Under the pieces are notes generated by a model. The model saw only the letters and a list, made by a program, of their open reading frames with translations, did not search any database and was not told the DNA's origin. Position numbers and translations under genes: made by a program. Shown here piece after piece: positions 18,955-27,871 of a stretch of 64,000 nt of DNA. Each line of letters begins with the position of its first letter. Position 1 is the first letter of the stretch. Origin of the DNA: an uncultured Chitinophagaceae bacterium (GTDB lineage Bacteria; Bacteroidota; Bacteroidia; Chitinophagales; JADJOU01); NCBI GenBank assembly GCA_964465185.1, contig CAYXKX010000003.1, positions 1,527 to 65,526 of the forward strand, in the 5' to 3' direction.

Positions 18955-19317
18955 ATGTTGTTTAGTATTATTGAAAAAATCATTCTAACCACTGCACGTA
19001 TAGTATGTATAGCAGGAAGTCTACTTTTAATATTAGTGATAGATATTCTTGTACGCGCTAGAATTTTTACCTTAGACCAAGTTTTTTCTTACTTTAATAT
19101 GACCAACAAGACCGTTGAAACGAATCATGCCGGGACTTATATAATACAAGAAAAGCCTCTTGTATTAGGGAGTCAGAAAGCTACTACAACTAATAAACTA
19201 GAATATACTCCACAAAAACCTAAGCCAATAAAACCACCCACCATCAAATCTCCACCCAAACCCGGCTGGCGAAAACGAGATCTCGGGATCAAGCCGAGGG
19301 AGAATGGGAGGAAGTGA
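18955..19317 (+). CDS. Small membrane protein A with conserved C-terminal peptide PPKPGWRKRDLGIKPRENGRK
   Basis: The track ORF starts at GTG 18910. The ATG at 18955 has the same tcaatATG context as paralog B. One or two hydrophobic segments. The C-terminal 22 codons are shared with ORF 20418..20798. Confidence 0.6.
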   Translation: MLFSIIEKIILTTARIVCIAGSLLLILVIDILVRARIFTLDQVFSYFNMTNKTVETNHAGTYIIQEKPLVLGSQKATTTNKLEYTPQKPKPIKPPTIKSPPKPGWRKRDLGIKPRENGRK

Positions 19318-19343
19318 ATCTACCACTTTTATAGTAAACAGTA

Positions 19344-19351
19344 TAAATTTG
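19344..19351 (+). promoter_or_regulatory. -7 box TAAATTTG upstream of the KilA-N gene
   Basis: Exact TAnnTTTG match 70 nt upstream of the ATG at 19422. Confidence 0.35.
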
Positions 19352-19421
19352 AGGAGTTAAAAATGAGGTATTGGAAAGAGAGGGTTGATACGAATGAATA
19401 TAAAAATCATCTAAACATAAT

Positions 19422-20240
19422 ATGATAAAGAATAAATCAATCATTGTTAAAGATATAGATATAACTATACTCCAAAAAGATAGTTTCGACTATATTTCGC
19501 TTACAGATATGGTAAAAGGTTTTGGCGATGACACTATGATTTACAGCTGGATGCGCAACCGTAATACTATAGAGTTTTTAGGGATTTGGGAAGAAATGAA
19601 TAATCCAGATTTTAAAGGTAACGAATTCGTTACCTTTAAAAGTCAGGCAGGATTAAATAGCTTTAACCTCACGCCTAAGAAGTGGATAGAAGCTACCAAG
19701 GCCATTGGGATTATATCAAAAGCAGGCAGATATGGTGGTGGCACGTTTGCTCATAAAGACTTGGCTTTTGAATTTGGAAGTTGGCTGAGTCCAGAATTTA
19801 AACTCTATCTGATCAAAGAGTTTCAACGACTGAAAGACGACGAAAATAATCGTCTTAACCTCACTTGGAACCTACACAGAACTCTGAGCAAGATAAACTA
19901 TCGCATTCACACGGATGCCATCCGAGAGCATATTATTCCTGGCAGTATCACCAAAGAACAAGCCGCATTGGTTTATGCCCACGAGGCAGATGTACTCAAT
20001 ATGGCCCTATTTGGGAAAACGGCTAAGCAATGGAGAGACGATAACCCTGATGCAGAAGGAAACATAAGAGATCAAGCCAGTATTGAGCAGCTTTTAGTCC
20101 TTGCCAACATAGAAAGTATGAATGCTGAATTTATTAAAATGAATCTAACCCAGAGCGAACGCCTGCTGAAACTAAACCAGATAGCCATCAGCCAACTGAA
20201 AAGTATCCTAGGTAACCAAGAAATTAAGAAACTGAAATAG
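19422..20240 (+). CDS. KilA-N domain-containing protein
   Basis: N-terminal region ISLTDMVKGFGDDTMIYSWMRNRNTIEFLGIWEEMNNPDFK...FAHKDLAFEFGSWLSPEFKLYL is typical of the KilA-N DNA-binding domain of phage/mobile-element proteins. Confidence 0.85.
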   Translation: MIKNKSIIVKDIDITILQKDSFDYISLTDMVKGFGDDTMIYSWMRNRNTIEFLGIWEEMNNPDFKGNEFVTFKSQAGLNSFNLTPKKWIEATKAIGIISKAGRYGGGTFAHKDLAFEFGSWLSPEFKLYLIKEFQRLKDDENNRLNLTWNLHRTLSKINYRIHTDAIREHIIPGSITKEQAALVYAHEADVLNMALFGKTAKQWRDDNPDAEGNIRDQASIEQLLVLANIESMNAEFIKMNLTQSERLLKLNQIAISQLKSILGNQEIKKLK

Positions 20241-20313
20241 CCAAAGACGAAGATGAGTAACATCGCTACTTCATAGAAAGAAGCCGAAGTGCGCTGAATA
20301 TATTTCATTACCG

Positions 20314-20402
20314 CAAAGCTAGTGCAGGGGATTGTCAAAACCTGTCCTTTTATAAATTAAAAATAAAACGACAAGTTCTGGCTATAAGAGCAATTATTTT
20401 TG
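20314..20402. promoter_or_regulatory. Divergent promoter cassette, copy 2
   Basis: CAAAGCTA (20314-20321), TGTCA (20333-20337), TGTCCTTT (20343-20350), AAACGACA (20366-20373), TGGCT (20379-20383), TATTTTTG (20395-20402). Spacings are identical to copy 1. Confidence 0.5.
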
Positions 20403-20417
20403 CAAATAAAAATCAAT

Positions 20418-20798
20418 ATGCGAGACACCCGAACCGATATTATAGTCTTAATTATTATGATTTGCATTATGCTCATCAGCTATCTCTACTATGCGTTTAT
20501 GATTATAGGACTGGTCATGCTCATAGCCAACTGGATATCTCCTCCTAAGAAAGAAGAGTTCATCATGTATGATCCCTTAAAAGACCCTAAGTTTATCAAA
20601 CGCCTAGATAGTATGAATCGACTAAATGAACAACTACAAAGTGGTCAAAAAAGCAAAAATAACAGCGCCACACAAGAGAAAAAAGCTCCTATAGAGAAAG
20701 AAATAAAACCAAATACCCCCAAGGCTCCGCCCAAACCTGGCTGGAGAAAAAGAGATCTCGGGATCAAGCCAAGGGAAAATGAGAGGAAGGTTAAATGA
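20418..20798 (+). CDS. Small membrane protein B with conserved C-terminal peptide PPKPGWRKRDLGIKPRENERKVK
   Basis: The track ORF starts at TTG 20400; the likely ATG is at 20418. Two hydrophobic segments. The C-terminal motif is shared with ORF 18955..19317. Confidence 0.6.
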   Translation: MRDTRTDIIVLIIMICIMLISYLYYAFMIIGLVMLIANWISPPKKEEFIMYDPLKDPKFIKRLDSMNRLNEQLQSGQKSKNNSATQEKKAPIEKEIKPNTPKAPPKPGWRKRDLGIKPRENERKVK

Positions 20799-20826
20799 CT
20801 AAATCAAATTAATTAATTAATTATAC

Positions 20827-20834
20827 TAGTTTTG
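20827..20834 (+). promoter_or_regulatory. -7 box TAGTTTTG upstream of the dcm operon
   Basis: Exact TAnnTTTG match 91 nt upstream of the ATG at 20926. Confidence 0.3.
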
Positions 20835-20925
20835 TGATGCTAAAACAAATCATCATTACTTTAATAAAAAAGATTTTACAATTTTATTCAAGTAATTTTA
20901 AATCAAACATAAGTAAAAAGTATAG

Positions 20926-22179
20926 ATGAATTTCATAGACTTATTTGCGGGAGCAGGAGGACTTTCGGAAGGTTTTATCCAAGCTGGCTTTGAGCCGATT
21001 GCTCACGTTGAAATTGAAATTTCTGCTTGTAATACTCTGAGAACAAGAGCGGCTTACCATTACTTGAAGACTAACAATAACTACCAAGTTTATATTTCCT
21101 ATCTAAAAGGTGAGATAACTCGTGAACAATTGTATTTAAGTGTACCAAAGGAAATCTTGCATTCTGTTATTAATCTGCCGATTGGAGAAGAAAATAATGA
21201 AACTATTCACCGTCAAATAAAGAAAAGCCTAGGAAAAAGAAAGGTTGACTTAATAATTGGGGGACCTCCTTGCCAGGCTTATTCATTGGTAGGAAGATCA
21301 CGGTCGAAAACAAAAATGGAAGGTGACCCAAGAAATTATCTATTTATTCAATATGCAGAATATTTAGAAAAATACAAACCGAAGATGTTTGTATTTGAAA
21401 ATGTACTGGGATTAAAGTCTGCTAAAGGTGGTCACTATCTCGAAGAGATGGAGAAGATTTTTAACAAAAAAGGCTATCAAATAAAACTGCATACGCTTGA
21501 AGCAAGAAACTTTGGAGTATTGCAAAACAGAAAACGAATTATCATTCTTGGTTGGCAAAAAAACAAAAAGATTAGCATACCAAACTTGGAAGAAATTGGA
21601 ATTGAAAACGATTATTTAGTTAAAGATTTATTGGACGATTTGCCTGTAATAAAAGCTGGTGAAGGTGCAGATAGATTTTTAAAATACAAAACTGAAACAA
21701 CGGAATACTTAAAATACCACGCATTACGCAATGGTATTGATATTTTAACCCAACACGTTGCAAGACCGCATAGAGAGCAAGATAAAGAAATTTATAAAAT
21801 TGCTGTCCAGAAATGGGGAAATAAACAAGAACGATTAAATTATAATGATTTACCTGAGCGATTAAAGACTCATCAAAATCGCACTTCATTTTATGACAGA
21901 TTTAAAGTCGTTGCATCAGACTTGCCCTATTCACAAACAGTAGTAGCCCATATTGCCAAAGATGGACATTATTACATTCATCCTGATATTAAACAGAATC
22001 GATCAATCAGTGTGAGAGAAGCTGCGCGTCTTCAATCTTTTCCTGATAATTATTATTTTGAAGGAGAAAAGGAAGGAGCGAATAGGACTGCTGCTTTTAA
22101 ACAAATAGGAAATGCAGTTCCACCGCTTATGGCGGCTGCTTTAGCAAAAACTATAAGCCAACTTTTGAATGGAAAATAA
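20926..22179 (+). CDS. dcm: DNA (cytosine-5)-methyltransferase
   Basis: All canonical C5-MTase motifs are present: I FIDLFAGAGGLSEGF, IV GGPPCQAYS (PPCQ at nt 21265-21276), VI FVFENV, VIII QNRKRIIILG, IX RSISVREAARLQSFPDNYYF, X QIGNAVPP. Confidence 0.95.
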   Translation: MNFIDLFAGAGGLSEGFIQAGFEPIAHVEIEISACNTLRTRAAYHYLKTNNNYQVYISYLKGEITREQLYLSVPKEILHSVINLPIGEENNETIHRQIKKSLGKRKVDLIIGGPPCQAYSLVGRSRSKTKMEGDPRNYLFIQYAEYLEKYKPKMFVFENVLGLKSAKGGHYLEEMEKIFNKKGYQIKLHTLEARNFGVLQNRKRIIILGWQKNKKISIPNLEEIGIENDYLVKDLLDDLPVIKAGEGADRFLKYKTETTEYLKYHALRNGIDILTQHVARPHREQDKEIYKIAVQKWGNKQERLNYNDLPERLKTHQNRTSFYDRFKVVASDLPYSQTVVAHIAKDGHYYIHPDIKQNRSISVREAARLQSFPDNYYFEGEKEGANRTAAFKQIGNAVPPLMAAALAKTISQLLNGK

Positions 22180-23686
22180 AAACATACAGTCCGAGACCGC
22201 AGACCCCAATCCTGAATATCTGATCAAGTCAATTGCAGAACAGGGTTACAGTTTGGAATCTTCGTTAGCGGATTTGATGGACAATTCTGTTTCAGCAAAC
22301 GCTAACAAAATTGAAGTGCTTATTAAGATGGAGCAAGAGCCATTCACTTTGTTTATTGCTGACAATGGTAATGGAATGGATGAGGAAACACTTAAAGCAA
22401 GTATGCAGTTTCCAAGTAATTCACCAGAAAAAGAAAGAAATGTTTCTGACTTAGGAAGATTTGGATTAGGCATGAAGACTGCATCTTTTTCCCAGACAAG
22501 ATCTTTCACAGTTTTATCAAGAAAAAAAGGAACGAAAACTTTTAGTGGGAGAACTTGGGATGTTAACCATCTGAAACATGTTGGCAAGTGGCGATTAATT
22601 GTAAACACACAGGAAGAAATTACCAAACTCATTCAACAGTATCATTCACTCAGCGAAGGTCATTTGAATCGCTTTGAAAATTTTGAGGCAAATACAATTG
22701 TTGTGTGGAATGGTCTTTACAAGTTTGAAAATTATCTTGAAGAAGACAACAGACAATCTGCCTTGAAGAAACAGATTACAGAAGTTACTTCGGACTATTT
22801 ATCGCTGGTGTTTCATAGGTATATGGAACGCAAAGCAAATTCGTTGCAGATAAGAATCAACAACAATCTGATTGCACCTTTCAATCCATTTCCAACAACT
22901 ATAACTGATTTCCGTCCGATAGAATTCAAACAAAAGCATTTCAGCACTGACACTATTAAAATTGAAGGATTCGTGCTCCCATCCAGAAGTATTGATGAAA
23001 GCCAAAGCATTTCCCTTTGGACTACGAAAAATCGAAGTCTGATGGACATGGAAGGAATCTATATTTACAGAGCAGACAGATTAATCCACTTTGGTGGCTG
23101 GAATGGTTTAATCAAGAAAGCACCACGCCTTCAATTGGCGAGACTTCGTGTTGATATTGGTAACAGCGTTGACCATTTGTTGCATCTGAATGTTGCTAAA
23201 TCTCAAATTGAAATACCACACGACTTGAAAGTAGCTTTTGAAAAATATATTGATGAATTAAAATCTCAGGCAGAGAGAGAATTCTTCAACAGAGGCATCA
23301 GGAGATTTTCATCAAATCGTAAAGAAGATAATGTACAACTATTTGAGAGAAAATCAAGCAACAAAGGAACATTGCTAGAAGTGAACAGCAGTTTTCCATT
23401 ACTCAAATCATTGAAGAATGAATTGAAAAAAGAGCAACTCACAAAACTGAATCTGGTCATTAGGATGATAAATACAAGGATTAATGAAATCAGGCAAACT
23501 CATGAGCAGAAAGAATTTGTAGGAATTGAAGAGAAAGACGGATTGTCATTGAAAGATTTAATCACCTGTGTGAACGAACTCATGGAAAGTGGGCTGTCTT
23601 CTGAACTGATAAAAAAAGAGATACTTCCAAATCTAGGATTTACGGAAAGTTCATTGCCACAAGAAGTCATTCAACTATTAAAATAA
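22169..23686 (+). CDS. GHKL (Bergerat-fold) ATPase, HATPase_c_3 / MORC-like
   Basis: N box DLMDNSVSANA, G1 box IADNGNGMD, G2 box GRFGLGMKTASFS. The start overlaps the dcm stop by 11 nt. Confidence 0.85.
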   Translation: MENKNIQSETADPNPEYLIKSIAEQGYSLESSLADLMDNSVSANANKIEVLIKMEQEPFTLFIADNGNGMDEETLKASMQFPSNSPEKERNVSDLGRFGLGMKTASFSQTRSFTVLSRKKGTKTFSGRTWDVNHLKHVGKWRLIVNTQEEITKLIQQYHSLSEGHLNRFENFEANTIVVWNGLYKFENYLEEDNRQSALKKQITEVTSDYLSLVFHRYMERKANSLQIRINNNLIAPFNPFPTTITDFRPIEFKQKHFSTDTIKIEGFVLPSRSIDESQSISLWTTKNRSLMDMEGIYIYRADRLIHFGGWNGLIKKAPRLQLARLRVDIGNSVDHLLHLNVAKSQIEIPHDLKVAFEKYIDELKSQAEREFFNRGIRRFSSNRKEDNVQLFERKSSNKGTLLEVNSSFPLLKSLKNELKKEQLTKLNLVIRMINTRINEIRQTHEQKEFVGIEEKDGLSLKDLITCVNELMESGLSSELIKKEILPNLGFTESSLPQEVIQLLK

Positions 23687-23691
23687 ATTTC

Positions 23692-26600
23692 ATGGAGAAT
23701 AGATATATAGACATCATTATCAAAATCATTGCTAGCAAGGCAAAAGAATATTCACAGAATTATTCCTTGTCTCCAACTTATTTTCTAAATCTTCTTCCAG
23801 AGATTCATGATTCTATCATAGCTATAATCAAAGTGTATGGTTATCCTGAAATTGATGAAGTGACTTTAAAAAATTATTATGAGACTGCAAAGAACCAGTA
23901 TTTGTCTGTTAATCCAATTGACATTGACCCTAGCAATTCACTTACGAAAAAAGGATTTAGAACATGGCTGACAGCAGAAAGAAAAGAGGAATTGAAAAAC
24001 TCTTGGAATTACAGCGACAGATATTTCACCTTACTTGAAAAAGCTGGTCGTTCCGAAAAAGTAATTGACGAAACTAAAAAGACCAGTCTTGAAATTCTTG
24101 AAAAAATGGGAGACCCAAAATCAAGAGAGGAATTTTATGTAAAAGGATTAGTAGTTGGTAGTGTTCAGGCAGGGAAAACCCAAAACTTTAATGCAGTAAT
24201 CAACCGTGCAATAGATTCGGGATACGGATTAATAATTGTCTTGGCTGGTTTAATGGAAGACTTGAGAAATCAAACTCAGTTAAGAATTGAGAATGATGTT
24301 ATAGGAGAAGGACTTGACATTGATACTGATACTTTGGTAAAAAAAGGTGTTGGAGCAATAAGAAGATTTGGAAACATGGGAGATAGCAGTGTTACACAAG
24401 TTATTTCAATTACATCTGCCAAATCTGATTTCAAAAAATCATTGCTTGATGCTGATTTCTCTCTTAATCATACAAATATACTAGTATGTAAAAACAATGT
24501 GAGTGTTTTGCGTAACCTTATTGTTTGGTTGCATGATTACCTTGAAGAAAACAAAGATCAACATGATATTCCTTTGCTTATTCTAGATGATGAGGCGGAC
24601 AACGCATCATTAAACAATGAAGGAAAAAGAGGAAGGGAATATGCTTCAAAAACAAATGGACATATCAGGGCTTTACTTGCATTGTTCAAACGGAAAACTT
24701 ATCTCGGTTATACTGCAACACCATTTGCAAATATTCTTGCCGACCGCAATGATGCACCAGAAAATAACTGGATTGTAAAATATAAAGTGAGAGGACAGGC
24801 TGAAGAAAAAGCTCTTCAACGTGTTGATAATTTATTTCCTGATGATTTTATCGTGCTGCTTAATCCGCCAACAAATTATGTTGGAGCAAAGCAAATATTT
24901 GAAACAACCAAACCAATAGATAACAAAGCCGAATTAAAAATTCCTTTAGTGGAACTTGTAGATGATAACATCGAACATTTTCCAGATAAGGTTTATTCAC
25001 CAAGTAATGGAGAATTATTAGGTGTCTTGAAAATCAAAAGTCAAAATGACTGGAATGAAAAAATTGGACAATTTAATTCTTATCTTGACTTTGCAGACTA
25101 TAGTGAATATAGAAGACAAACAAGGTCTTCCAGAACAGGTGATGGCTTCCCAAGAAGATTGCCTGATTCAATAAAAGAAAGTATTCTCTGTTTTATTCTT
25201 ACAATTGCAATTCGTGAAAGCAGGAAACCTGCTATGGTAAATTCTACAATGTTCAATCCACATAATTCAATGTTGATTCACATTTCGAGATACACTCTTT
25301 GGCAAAATACTCTCAAAGATTTAATTGATGTGTATATAAGAGACTTGCAAAGTAGCTTACAGCTTGACGACCCAAGTAATCCCAGTTCTATCTTCGCAAC
25401 TTTTGAAAGAATCTGGTTCAAATACTACTCGATAATTATTGAACATGTTTCTGACTATTTGCCGAAAGGATATGACGATGAGTTTCTGAAACCTATCAGT
25501 TTTGAAACAATAAAAAATAATTTTCTCACTGATGCAATTAAAGGAATTGAAGTTAAGGCTGTAAATAGTTCTACTGGCGACAAACTTGTTTATCCGAGGA
25601 ACACACCAAAGAAATATATTGCCATTGGTGGAAATAGATTATCCCGTGGATTTACACTTGAAGGATTAAGTATAAACTATTTTGTTCGTTCAACCGATTA
25701 TTCTGATGCTTTACTCCAAATGGGAAGATGGTTTGGTTACAGACCAGGCTATCTGGATTGTTGTAAACTTTTCATCACACGGGATTCAATGGAGAAATAT
25801 GATTTGGTTACAAGAACCATTGAAGAATTGGAAAGTGAGTTTAGGATAATGGAAGAGAAAAACAGGACACCTGCCAATTTTATTCTTCGGGTAAAGAAAC
25901 ATCCAGGAGCTCTTAAAATAACAAGACCAGCAATTCTTAGGGATACATTAGAAGTCAATTGGTCTTATCAGGATACGCTTGAGCAGTCTACAAACTTTGA
26001 TATTCGAAGGCAAAAAATTGAAGCGGTCTGGCAACAATTCAAGAACAACATTGTAGGTAAGCATAAATTTGAAATTAAAAAGAAAGAAAATGGAAGTGAT
26101 ACAGGTTTTCTTACAGCACAAACAGATATTGCTGGTGTATTGGAAATTCTAAAACAAGAAAACAATTTTACAAATGAAACTTGCGACAGCATAATAAAAT
26201 TCATTGAGCGATGTAAAGAAGTAAATAAGCTAACAAAATGGACGATAGCAATTAAGACTACTGGTAGAGCAAAAGAAAATGAAGGTAAGGGGAAATTGAG
26301 AAAGGAAGAATCCAATTTGGATATTGATATAACAATGACAGTTAGAAGAGGTCCTTCCACTGAAGATGGAGTAAAATATTTTAGAGAAAAATTTATTCAC
26401 GGGAAAATTTTCGGTGCATCTGGAAAATCTGCGAATCTAATTTCAGCCGGACTTGACATGTCAATACTTTTGACTGAAACTCAAATCAAAGCTGCCGAGA
26501 AAGAATTTATTGATAACAGAAGAAAATACTATAAGGAAAAATATCCTGAATGGTCAGAGAAGCAAGTCAATAAAAAAGCAGAAGAAGTAAACATACCTGA

Positions 26601-26898
26601 AAGAGTCTACCGTGAGAAAATGACAGACCAAGAAGGACTACTTGTAATCTACATTTTAGATTCTTACTATGTTTTCCTTCAAGAGAATGGCAAAGATGAT
26701 TCTCAATTGAAGGCGATTGTAGAAAGCGAAGGGATTGACTTAAATACTCCATTGATTGGGTATGCCATTGGATTTCCACCGATAGAACCTGATCCAGGTG
26801 GTGTTTATGTTCATGGAAATTATGGATTTGAAGAGGAAGAAGAAATTGAATTTAACGAAGTGGATTCTGAATTGCCAGATGATGCTAACGAAATATAA
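23692..26898 (+). CDS. Z1 domain-containing P-loop NTPase (SF2 helicase-like)
   Basis: Walker A GSVQAGKT (nt 24157-24180), DEAD-like ILDDEADNAS (nt 24580-24609), YTATPFAN, and the Z1 signature GGNRLSRGFTLEGL...LQMGRWFGYRPGY. Acidic C-terminal tail. Confidence 0.85.
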   Translation: MENRYIDIIIKIIASKAKEYSQNYSLSPTYFLNLLPEIHDSIIAIIKVYGYPEIDEVTLKNYYETAKNQYLSVNPIDIDPSNSLTKKGFRTWLTAERKEELKNSWNYSDRYFTLLEKAGRSEKVIDETKKTSLEILEKMGDPKSREEFYVKGLVVGSVQAGKTQNFNAVINRAIDSGYGLIIVLAGLMEDLRNQTQLRIENDVIGEGLDIDTDTLVKKGVGAIRRFGNMGDSSVTQVISITSAKSDFKKSLLDADFSLNHTNILVCKNNVSVLRNLIVWLHDYLEENKDQHDIPLLILDDEADNASLNNEGKRGREYASKTNGHIRALLALFKRKTYLGYTATPFANILADRNDAPENNWIVKYKVRGQAEEKALQRVDNLFPDDFIVLLNPPTNYVGAKQIFETTKPIDNKAELKIPLVELVDDNIEHFPDKVYSPSNGELLGVLKIKSQNDWNEKIGQFNSYLDFADYSEYRRQTRSSRTGDGFPRRLPDSIKESILCFILTIAIRESRKPAMVNSTMFNPHNSMLIHISRYTLWQNTLKDLIDVYIRDLQSSLQLDDPSNPSSIFATFERIWFKYYSIIIEHVSDYLPKGYDDEFLKPISFETIKNNFLTDAIKGIEVKAVNSSTGDKLVYPRNTPKKYIAIGGNRLSRGFTLEGLSINYFVRSTDYSDALLQMGRWFGYRPGYLDCCKLFITRDSMEKYDLVTRTIEELESEFRIMEEKNRTPANFILRVKKHPGALKITRPAILRDTLEVNWSYQDTLEQSTNFDIRRQKIEAVWQQFKNNIVGKHKFEIKKKENGSDTGFLTAQTDIAGVLEILKQENNFTNETCDSIIKFIERCKEVNKLTKWTIAIKTTGRAKENEGKGKLRKEESNLDIDITMTVRRGPSTEDGVKYFREKFIHGKIFGASGKSANLISAGLDMSILLTETQIKAAEKEFIDNRRKYYKEKYPEWSEKQVNKKAEEVNIPERVYREKMTDQEGLLVIYILDSYYVFLQENGKDDSQLKAIVESEGIDLNTPLIGYAIGFPPIEPDPGGVYVHGNYGFEEEEEIEFNEVDSELPDDANEI

Positions 26899-26900
26899 TT

Positions 26901-27869
26901 ATGACAAGTATTGAATTAAAACAAAAGTGGTCAGGGCTTTCTGAGAATCCTACTACAATTGGCTTTCGGTCACTAAGAATTTCCGCTGACTGTATCTGTG
27001 AACTTTACCTAGCAGTTAGCAAGGAAGGAAAAAGATGTTTGATACTTTCACTTCCTTCGAATAAGCATTTAGATTTCAAAGGAATTCAAAAAGAAAATTT
27101 ATCCATCGAATACTTCAGAGAAAAAAATCTAATCGTCCTTCAATTAAATGACAGTGATTTCAACGACCTTTTTGACGACCTAATTCTTTCCCTTTATAAT
27201 GGAATAAAAAGCATCCGTCAGGTAGATGAGTATTCAAATCATTTCATTGAGGCCTTTTACAGATGGAGTGAATTTTTTGAAGACAAGAAATCAGATATAC
27301 TGTCTGAGGAAGCAATAAAAGGCATCATGGGAGAATTGTTGGTTCTGAAATTATTAATCACAGCTCCAGACAAACCCGAAATTAATTTCCTTTTAAAAGC
27401 ATGGACTGGACTTTATGATAAAGGCAACGACTTTGAATTGGAGAGTAAAAATATAGAAGTAAAAGCCAAATCCTCCTCAGGCATTGATGTTAAAATATCA
27501 AGTGAATTTCAGTTAGAAGTATCCCCAGGAAAAGGACTTGAACTATTTGTAGTTTCATTATCAAGCGACTTCACTGTTGGAATTCATATTGGAAATTTGA
27601 TATTAGAAATCAAGAAATTGGTTCAAGAATCTTCAGGTGACAATACAATTTTGTGGAAGGCACTGAGCCAAAAGAATATTACTGCGAAAAATGTTAGCCA
27701 TTATGATAGATACAGATTCAAGCCTGTCAATTGGGTATCTTACAACTGTGCAGACGAAAATTTTCCAAAACTTAGCAGGTCAAATATTCCAGAAGAAATA
27801 AGTAGCTTGAAATATATGCTGAGAACAAACTTGCTTACATCTTTTATCATTGAACAAAACGATTTTTAA
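26901..27869 (+). CDS. PD-(D/E)XK motif protein (putative nuclease)
   Basis: GELLVL ... GNDFEL ... NIEVKAK gives the E / D / ExK arrangement of PD-(D/E)XK nucleases. It starts 2 nt after the Z1 gene stop. Confidence 0.7.
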   Translation: MTSIELKQKWSGLSENPTTIGFRSLRISADCICELYLAVSKEGKRCLILSLPSNKHLDFKGIQKENLSIEYFREKNLIVLQLNDSDFNDLFDDLILSLYNGIKSIRQVDEYSNHFIEAFYRWSEFFEDKKSDILSEEAIKGIMGELLVLKLLITAPDKPEINFLLKAWTGLYDKGNDFELESKNIEVKAKSSSGIDVKISSEFQLEVSPGKGLELFVVSLSSDFTVGIHIGNLILEIKKLVQESSGDNTILWKALSQKNITAKNVSHYDRYRFKPVNWVSYNCADENFPKLSRSNIPEEISSLKYMLRTNLLTSFIIEQNDF

Positions 27870-27871
27870 AA

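Noticed and set aside
20072-20338. 88-aa hydrophobic minus-strand ORF as a type I toxin-like gene
   Set aside because: Its hydrophobicity is what is expected from reading Lys/Glu/Gln-rich KilA-N codons in antisense. Its annotated start also lies upstream of the predicted promoter. Only the antisense transcript idea is kept, at low interest.
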